A DNA stretch of 57,477 nucleotides, filler included, from Sphacelaria rigidula (Eukaryota): assembly GCA_964200075.2 (NCBI GenBank). It is 5 parts of 5 records of this genome, joined end to end, with 100 filler letters (N's around TTAATTAATTAA, not from the genome) between each part and the next. Parts side by side here need not be neighbours in the genome. Positions count along the whole stretch, not along the records: positions 46,065 to 57,477 come from CAXNAA020004944.1; 4 more parts are not named here. One strand, given 5' to 3'. The notes beneath the pieces are model-generated. The model did no database searches. It worked only from the letters and a program-made list of their open reading frames with translations, and was not told the origin of the DNA. Numbering within the stretch: position 1 is the first letter of the stretch; each line of letters begins with the position of its first letter. Shown piece after piece: positions 49,168 through 57,477 of this stretch. The position numbers and the translations under genes are program-made.

Positions 49168-50080
49168 TGTTCCGTGAGCGACTGTGCAAACCCGCGGCAT
49201 ATCAGCATGGTGACACCAGTGGAACGTGACAAATGGAGGTATGGTAGAATATGAAAAATAGATGTATGGTACTCAGTGGACTCCTGGTTTTGTTTTGTTT
49301 TTCCCAACCATTTGCAGCATGATAATTGTCTTGAAAAATGCTCATCTATGGGATTTTACATGTGTATGAGATTCAAACTGGGATATCGGTGAATGGTGTA
49401 ACGCAGCGACGACGTCAAAGGCATGACCCCGGCTTCGTGTGATTGTTAGACACATGAGTTGATCGGGTGGTTACTACTCTGCAACGTGAACTATTGGCTG
49501 ATTCCGCGTGTTCCATCGAATTAAACAGCTTGTATTGCCCGGATTAGATTTTTTTTTTTCGTCCCCTGGAGACAGGTGGGAACCTTTGCCGTGCTAGTCG
49601 CTATTTTTCGTTTCGCACAGCACTTTCTAGTGCGTTCCACCTCGCCGCCGCTTCGAACTCAACCCTCACAGCATAATTGCCATGAAGGCGGTTCAGTGTA
49701 CCTGGTAGGCACCAAGATGGGGGTTCCCGCCCACATACATAGTCTCGGACTTGGGTAATTTATTATCCCCCCTGAGGAAATTATCCTCACCATGCGATGA
49801 ATTGTAGTGTCTCGAATGGAAAAAGCAGTTTTGATGCTCCTTTTTTTATTGTTTTCTTGCGACAAAAATAGGTGCAGTTCGATCCTGCGGTGGCGGGCGC
49901 GGCGGAAGGAGCTGAGGGCAGCAAGCATCACCACATTTTGATGTCAGTACGATTTATTTTTTTTATTTCCAACATTCTCACTTCAATACAAAGGTTATTA
50001 CATATATACGTAAATAGTGCACTCGTTTATGTTCCAATTATTCAATACTGAAATATTTTTGAAAATAATAAATTAATAAG

Positions 50081-50235
50081 TCATCTGTGACCCACAGACG
50101 GTGCAGTTGGATAGTTGGATATATTTACAAAATGTATACATAGGTAGTGACTGACTTGTTTCTGTTCCGATTGTGTCCTATACTAAGATATATATGAAAA
50201 CAATCCCCACTGCACCGTCTGTGTGTCGCAAATGA
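50081..50235. mobile_element. Small MITE
   Basis: TCATCTGTGACCCACAGACGGTGCAGT / ACTGCACCGTCTGTGTGTCGCAAATGA with an AT-rich interior. Confidence 0.7.
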
Positions 50236-51657
50236 TGACGAATATCCCAGCGAGTGCACTACCCATGTATATATGTCATAACCTTTGCTTCAATATGAAC
50301 TCGGATGTATTCGTTTCGATACACGGCACTTTTGTTTTCTCAAATTCTGATCTGACTCGTTGTCGCACATGAAGTGATCACCCAGGCACCGAGCCGTGGT
50401 CATTGTCCGTAAGGGAGACACGCACTCCTCGAGACGAACAAAAGGGGAACGCTCATCGAAGAACAACAAAAATGGAGAATGGCAAACATATAGAACAGAA
50501 ATGGTGAACAAAAAAGGGGGGGGCAGGAAAGAAACGAAGAAACAAAAGAGATTGTCCCGATGACAAGTAGTAGATGAATAAGTAGACCACGAAATCAAAG
50601 TAGACATGGCCGGCCCCTGCAGCATTGCCTCGGGTGAAAAAGGCCTTGCGCATTAGCACATGTACCCATACACAGCACGAAAACAAGAAAGACCTTGGGG
50701 GCGGAGTGCGCGTCAGCAACTTTCCACACCCGGGACAATATATGGCCAATTTTGATTGATTTTTTTATTGATTGTCGTAGTTTAAATCACCACATATGGG
50801 TCTAGCCGTGGTCGCATGATAAACGTACCCGAGAAAAGCAAAACTGAAAGACTTTTTCAAGAAAACGAAGGAGCAGAAAACAGTCGAACAGAACCGCATA
50901 GTAGACTAAGACGTTGAAAAAAAGAAGAAGAAGGAAATCAACAAAAGCAAGGCGCAGAAAGAGATGGCCGACTTGAAAAAAATAGTAATGAGCATAAAAA
51001 ACAATGGGAAAAAAACACTTGAAAAAAGTAAGGCCAATATTTGTTGTGATAGACCGACAATAGTTGCTATAGGCCTCTACTTTACGCGGTACATTTTTTG
51101 TCTATTGCAATCGTTGACCGTACGTTGTCCAGGGTGTCACTGTAGTACTACAGGGTGTGCCGCCGAAGAAACGGACTTTCCTTCAGCCCGTTCTAAATGA
51201 CGATATACCGCAAGTTATTCCTACTATTGTACGTCACATCGTGGTGATCTGCGAATCAGAGCGCGTCTTTCAATCCACTGTAGCACGGCGATTCAACAAG
51301 TCTCCATCGAACGAAATACCAGACTGTAGTCAGCTGCGTAGTGTAGAGAGTTGGAGGGGACATGTGCGGCGGAATAGGCAAAAAAACGGCTGAAATCGTA
51401 TTTTTGGTGACAGTCGGTTGTGCCGTGGCCGCCAAGTGGTGGTGCTGCACAAGTTGTGATTGTACAATAATGTATGTCGTACTGTAGGCGCTCAGTGTCT
51501 GAGATGGCACGCAGACGAGGCCTCCAGCGCGCCAAGGCGTCTGGTACTAGTGTGCGAGCCGGTGAGCAGCGGGTGAAGAAATCTTGTAGAGAACGTCAAA
51601 GTTCCGGCTGAGGTTGTTGTACTCCAACACCAGGTCAACCGGATCTCAACAGAAGAG

Positions 51658-52257
51658 CGCGGTTGTACTGCTCAATTTCGATTCGTTTACTATGAAATGT
51701 CGACACGATGTACATGAGGTATGTGCGAAGCCTCTATCGTTTCCCCTTCATTTTTTTCTTTTCTCGTGAGTTATCAGCGAACGAAATTTCGGAACATTTT
51801 TTTGGGTACAAAAATCTCGACAACCCATTGGAAAAATAGTCAAGGGGGGACAATGCGGTCTCTACAACATACCTCATGCACATCGTGTCAAAAATTTGTG
51901 GGAAACGACTTGAAATTGAACAGCATAACCGGGTTTCATTTTTTCGTGGTTGGTCCATCTCCACATAGGAACCAGTCTTGGACACGAACACGCGATTGTA
52001 CTACTTAATTTTGGGTTGTTTTCGATGGAAATATGACACAGTGTACAGGACGTATGTGCGAAGACCCCATCTTTCCTCCCCTACATATTGAGTTATTGGC
52101 GACTAAACATTTCAGGATATTTTTTCGGAACTAAACCGCGATATAACTCACAAAAAAAATTTAGGGGAGGGATGGTGAGATCTTCGCACGTACGTCTTGT
52201 GCATCGTGTCAGATTTTCATTGAAAACGACCTAAAATTGAGCAGTATAATCGCGTGT
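51658..52257. mobile_element. Two adjacent copies of a ~270-bp foldback MITE (51658-51932 and 51988-52257)
   Basis: Each has arms CGCG.TTGTACT.CT.AATTT...GACAC..TGTACA.GA.GTATGTGCGAAG and the mirrored ...CATCGTGTCA...AAACGAC.T.AAATTGA.CAG.ATAA. Confidence 0.75.
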
Positions 52258-53090
52258 CAACATTCCCGTCCGCGTCTTGGGCGGCGCCCAGCCTGTAATA
52301 AAAACATATCCGAATGTTCATTCCAGCAGAAACGATGGATGAATTGGTTTGACGGATTGATTGTTGCACACTAACTGGTGCACCCAGGCAGTCCAGCCGA
52401 GGGTCACAACACAGAGCATTTTTTGTTTATATTTCTTGCGGATTTTCGAATTCATTGACAATTGACGTTGCAACGAGAAGCAAACGTTTTACAGGGAATT
52501 TCGACGTCCGATAAATTCGTCCTTTCGGTACACGTTAACCGTTAACCTGATTCCCTTTAGTGATGCCGCGGTAGCCTCCTCAACCACCCTCACCCCCCCG
52601 CCCAGAAAAGCGACTGGTGTAAGGATATGCACAATCTGCACGCGAATCAAAGTCACAAAAACTGGGTACCGCTGAGCAGCTGGGAACTCTCAACCTTCAG
52701 ATCGTCAGTAATATCGTCCATATGAGGCGCTCTATGCCGTCTGAAGCCAGCTATCGTGCGCCGAGTCGTCCTTTTCTTTGTGACAGTTTTGGGGCTGGTG
52801 TGTGTGTGTTGGGGGGGGATGTCGCGGCATCATTCGCTCGCGAAATCTAGCCGTGAACGGTCAAAAGAATAACGTGCTTCGAAGTGAAGAAAAAAACAAA
52901 AGGTATGCCGTAAAAGAGTGGGAAAGTCGAGGACAAGGGTCAAACACGAAGGAGAAAATGGAGGACGGACAGAGGAAACTAATAGAACGAAAATAATCAG
53001 AAGTAAAAAAAAAAAAAAGGTCCAGAGAGTGAAAGGAGGGCAGGTAAGGAAGGAAAAACTTTCGTGGTTTTTTTTTTTTTTTTTTTTTTT

Positions 53091-53122
<32 letters not shown>

Positions 53123-53186
53123 TTGTTCGTTCTTCTTGTTTTTGTTTTTGTTTGTCCGCTTTACTCCGTTTTGTGTTATCTTCTTA

Positions 53187-54627
53187 CAAGCTGGGTCAGC
53201 CTAGAGGCGGATTTGAAGTTGCAGGCCCATGCACCGGCCAATATTTAGAGTTCGAGCGTAAAATTTTGGTATGGATAATGCATAGGGTGTTCAAAAAATA
53301 TTACGATTGTACGACCATGTCGTGGGTACACAAAATTCGAGTTAGCGGTCGACCAGGGAAAGGGACTGCTAAACCCCTCTCGCGATAAAAGATAAAAAGG
53401 CAAGCACCACAGAAGGAAGGTGAGGTACGAAAAACAAATAAAAAAGAAAAGCTCCTGTGTTGATCTTCCTCCTGTGTGACCCCGGCTGGTGCGCCCACAT
53501 ATACCGAAAGGGGTATACCGGCGCCCAGAATAGATGGGACGACAACACAAAAACACACACACCAAGAGTTTTTTTCATTATTTAAGGGCATTTTACTGAT
53601 ACCTGGAAACTGATTATTGCCCTTAACTCATGGGAAAGAAGAAAAAAACTCTTGGTACACTCGTGATTTTTTTTAATACTCTATTCATCGTCCATACCAA
53701 ATTTCACGCTCCAACTCTGAGTATTCGCTGGCTCATTCGCCATTTAAAAACCGACTTGGTGCAAATTCGGGGCATTATTGCCTTTCACCGGCCCACGTTT
53801 GGTTCGTCTGTTTCGATTTTTTTGTGGGCCCCCGCTGTATCGTAATCAACATAACTCAGTGGGTCAGTTGTTTTTTTCGTTAGTTTCACTGGTTTAGGAC
53901 GTTTTAGTATAGTAAATACCATTTTTCACGAGAACGCCCGTACTTCTATGAAATAAAATAAATGACGGCCCATTTTTTTTTTTTATTCGACACGCCTTCG
54001 TGGTTCTCCAAGTTGAGTTTCACATCACAATTCCAAAAATTGAGATGAGGCCTGCGAGCAATGTTCATTTCTCCTCAAAACTCCACTAAAAATACGAAAA
54101 AAATGAAGAAAAAGTGAAGAACGAAAAAATAAAGGTAAAGAGCGGTTTTGCTTATTTTATCATGCACTAGCGGTTCTCCATACGAAATTTCATAGCACAA
54201 CTCTAAAAAACTGAGACGCGATATCCAGATTTAGGGCATCTAGGGCCTCTGCTTGTAATATATTGATTCTAGTATAGAAACTCATGTGCGCTATATCTCG
54301 AGGTAAATAATAATTAAGTGAAGGTGACGGTATCTATCGTCTTCCCGTGCTCCAGGGAAGGTCCACACCAAAAATCGTCATCATCCGCTGAATGTATCGT
54401 TCGGGGCTTCATATAGATTTTAGTGTGGACGCCATCTCCGTACGGTATAGGAATTACGAGACATGGGGTTTAATCAACGAGGAAAAAGTGGCCCATATTT
54501 TCGAGCAGATGGGCACCTCAACCTTGATAAGACGATTAAAACGATATGCGGATCACGGCCCAACTCGTCTGTGTCGATGGAACATGGCTTTGAGAGCTTA
54601 CATCCGTTTTCAGGCTGGCCCAGCTCG
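53187..54627. mobile_element. Second copy (reverse orientation) of the CGAGCTGGGCCAGCCT TIR element, with a nested insertion
   Basis: TA|CAAGCTGGGTCAGCCTAGAGGCGGATTTGAAG ... CAGGCTGGCCCAGCTCG; body is the reverse-complement homologue of 2317-3455. Confidence 0.85.
53330..53562 (-). repeat. Copy of the ~230-bp repeat inserted in the Tc1-type element
   Basis: Reverse complement of 33250-33482; absent from the 2317-3455 copy of the host element. Confidence 0.8.
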
Positions 54628-55469
54628 TTGAGAGTGTCGGAAAACGCTTTTTTTCTCATTTCAGAGTGCAGAATAAAAGAGAACACTCGATCGAAAAAAC
54701 GTCAAGAGGATATCACACTAGACGGAGGGGCAAATAAATTTTCGTTACACTCTGATCCTGATATATTTGCACTCTAAAATGACCAAAAAAAACGTTTTCC
54801 GAAACTCTCCATTATTTTGTTCCCGGGTATTGATTTTCGTTGAACGGGCGTTTCCGCTTTGTTTTCCTTGGGTACGACTTTGTTGTGGATAATGGCCAAA
54901 GATCGGTCACTCGGGGAGTAGTGCATGTGGGAGGCAATAAATCAACCGCCGTCTTCAGTACCGTACTGGAACACGTTGAATATTACCCCCTTCCCCATCA
55001 AATCACTCAGTCGTTGGTATATATGTCATGTTGCATGATGCTCTGGTTTCTTGGCAACTTTCTCGTATTTTCATTTATTTTTCCTTCTCTCTTGGTTTGC
55101 TCCTTCCTTCTTTTTTTTTTTCCCTCTTGCAATGTTGTGGACTAATCATAGGAACGAATCGCGATCGAAGGACGATTTTCCCCATCACGTGGTCGGCAGC
55201 AAGGGATCGTCGTCCAGGCATCAGGTAGGTTCCAACGGATTGCAATTCGGAAGATTGTTCGAACGGGTTTGTTGAGTCGTGCGACATGTGTTTCCGATTC
55301 TGGGGTATGATCCAGTGAATTTATTCGTATAACGTATGAACATGTGTTCCTATATTTTGTCTAAAATTTCAAACGTTGATTTCATTCCTTGTAATCTATG
55401 CCCTCATTATTTTCTCTTTTTTCTTTTTGCTTGTTCTCGTGATCTCTACCCCCTGCCGTCCCTGTTGAG

Positions 55470-55870
55470 ACACTCATGAGGCAGTGTACAAGCCGTGGCT
55501 GTCGCTGCAAGTGGTGATACCAGAAAATGAAGCATCTCATTGTAGGCTATGATCCAAATGCGAGATAATCAGTAGGCTTCGGGCCGGACAACCTTTAGCA
55601 GGATGCAGCTCACCCTTGATGCGACGCGCCGAACACAACACCACGGCGCGTCGCGCTTGGTGATTGAGTGCGAGCCTGGTACGTCGAAAACCTGGCCTGC
55701 TCCTTCCCAGCTTTGTAGGAATGCGAGATCAATGGTCTTATGACTATGGCATGCATGATCATGAGTGCACCCCTCCCCTTCCACCCCGTCCAGCCGACGG
55801 TGCTCCATCTCGAAGGAGATGCATGGTCGACGGTCAAGCCACAAAGGCAAGCAACGAATGAGTACGCCCT
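55470..55870 (+). mobile_element. C-tailed LINE-like 3' fragment followed directly by the 3' tip of the related CCHC LINE
   Basis: ...GAATGCGAGATCAATGGTC...ATGATCATGAGTGCACCCCTCCCC, then GACGGTGCTCCATCTCGAAGG...GGCAAGCAACGAATGAGTACGCCC (matches the reverse complement of ~35625-35700). Confidence 0.7.
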
Positions 55871-57059
55871 CAGTTTCTCTTATTCTACCACACTCTTCAT
55901 TTGATTTTTAATCACTCATGTTCATTTTTTTTTTTTTCTTTCTCTCGTTAGATGCGGCGCTCAATGCGGGGGTCGATTCGTCGCACATCTCTCGGGGCTA
56001 CTGCTGAAGAAGTGGATCCAGTGTACATTAACGTCCAAGGTAAGCCAGTGACGACTGCAGCACTCATCATGCACGATATCGAGCGGTAACAACGATGCCG
56101 TTTGCATCCCACAGCCCTCAATTGATTCTTCTTGACTTCCAGTCGTAGTTTTTGATTCTCGATGCGGTACATGCAACATACATGCATGCGTCCATATCTT
56201 CACCGACCAATACCACGGTACCATGTTGTTTCCATTACGGGATAGGTGAAGGTTTAAGTACGAGAGAAGTGGAACGAACCATACGGCAGTCCCGTGGGGG
56301 GAGGAGGGTGTTGGTGAAAGTCACATCTTGGACAACATATGGTCAATAGTTGCAATAGACAACGAATATACTACATGAAGTATGGGCCCATTGCGACTAC
56401 TACTGGGCGACAATAGTCGCAACATCCCTATACGTTATGCAGTACATTGCGACAATAGTCGCAATGGGCCTATACTTCATTCAGTACAAATACTCTCCAT
56501 GTGAACTAGGCTCCGCTAGGGGCGAGGCAGTAGAGTCACGGGTCCCGAAGAATAACGTTGTCATACCCTGCTGCCGAAGGATCTCCAGAGCGAGGTCTGA
56601 TCTTCTCTCTTGTCGTTTAGGCGAGGATGTGGCCGTGACCGATGGTAGGCAAGAGGAAGAAGTGAACGAGCATGTACGACAGTACCGGCTACGGTCAACC
56701 AGGGTTCATGCGGTGGCCTCATTGTTCCGAGCTCCTTGTACTGGAGACCCTGTTGTAGCCTAGGTTGCCAAAGATCCAGTTTCACAGGCTTGAACGTTTC
56801 GAGTCCGCTCATGTATGTCACTGGCGGACCCCGTTCCTGACACTGTTTCTCCGGTTAACACGTGTATTGTGATGTTCATTACGCTCATACATACGTGGTC
56901 TCCACGTCTACTGCAACTTTTGACCATATATTGTCCAAGGTGTGGTAAAAGTTACGGTAGTGTTTGTACGAGAAAATGAAGTTTTCTAAATACTCGATTT
57001 TTTTTTTGGTAAGAAACCACAGTACCAAATAATGATGGAAACCGCTATTTTTTCTTCTT

Positions 57060-57477
57060 GAAACGGGATGATCGTGCTACGTCGTATTGATACAGTGAGA
57101 CACCCATGAGCCAGTGTCTAACCCGTGGCTGTCTCTGGCAGTGGCGATACCAGGGAAATTAAGCAACTCAGTCGAGGCTGTAATCTATATGCAAGATACT
57201 TGGTAAGCTTCGGGCCGAACAATCTTGGCGGGATACAGCTCGTCCATTCATGCGACTCGTTGAACACATCACAGTGCTTCGCGTTTGGTGATCGCGCGTC
57301 CGCCCTGGCATAAACCTGGCGTGCTCCGTCCCGGCTTTGTAGGGATGCGAGGTCGATGATCTTTTACATCCAAGATCATGAACACCCCCCCCCCCCACAT
57401 CCACACACGCTGAAGTGCAATATCAGAACATAAAGCAACTCATTGTTGGCTGTCATGCAAATGCAAGATAATCAGTA
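57060..57477 (+). mobile_element. C-tailed LINE-like 3' fragments
   Basis: Same family ending ATCATGAACACCCCCCCCCCC at ~57397, with a further partial unit running to the window end. Confidence 0.7.

Noticed and set aside
34550..57477. Upstream BRCA2 exons or a >25-kb intron
   Set aside because: These are different contigs, and no BRC, helical-domain or OB1 motifs were seen.

Overview
Repeat-dense eukaryotic DNA; the repeat and gene style is most consistent with a brown alga or other stramenopile (inference). The window is not one locus. It is five contigs of almost identical, descending length (11417, 11416, 11416, 11415, 11413 bp) joined by an artificial 100-bp N44-TTAATTAATTAA-N44 linker, so nothing should be read across the gaps. 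The one recognisable host gene is the 3' end of a BRCA2 homologue on the minus strand (exons 31784-31317, 30634-30482, 30230-27392), with OB2 and OB3 motifs. It ends in a long C-terminal extension that may hide a fourth, RPA70C-like OB fold. The rest is nested transposon material: MITEs and foldbacks (TA, TCA and 8-bp TSDs), a tRNA-headed SINE family, LINE 3' remnants with C-rich tails, a pogo-like deletion derivative, and a ~7.6-kb TIR-bounded composite enclosing two convergent gag-like remnants. I see no CRISPR array, rRNA, intact tRNA, intact transposase or intact RT, and no clearly new multi-gene system. The best novelty candidates are the BRCA2 C-terminal domain and the composite TIR element.
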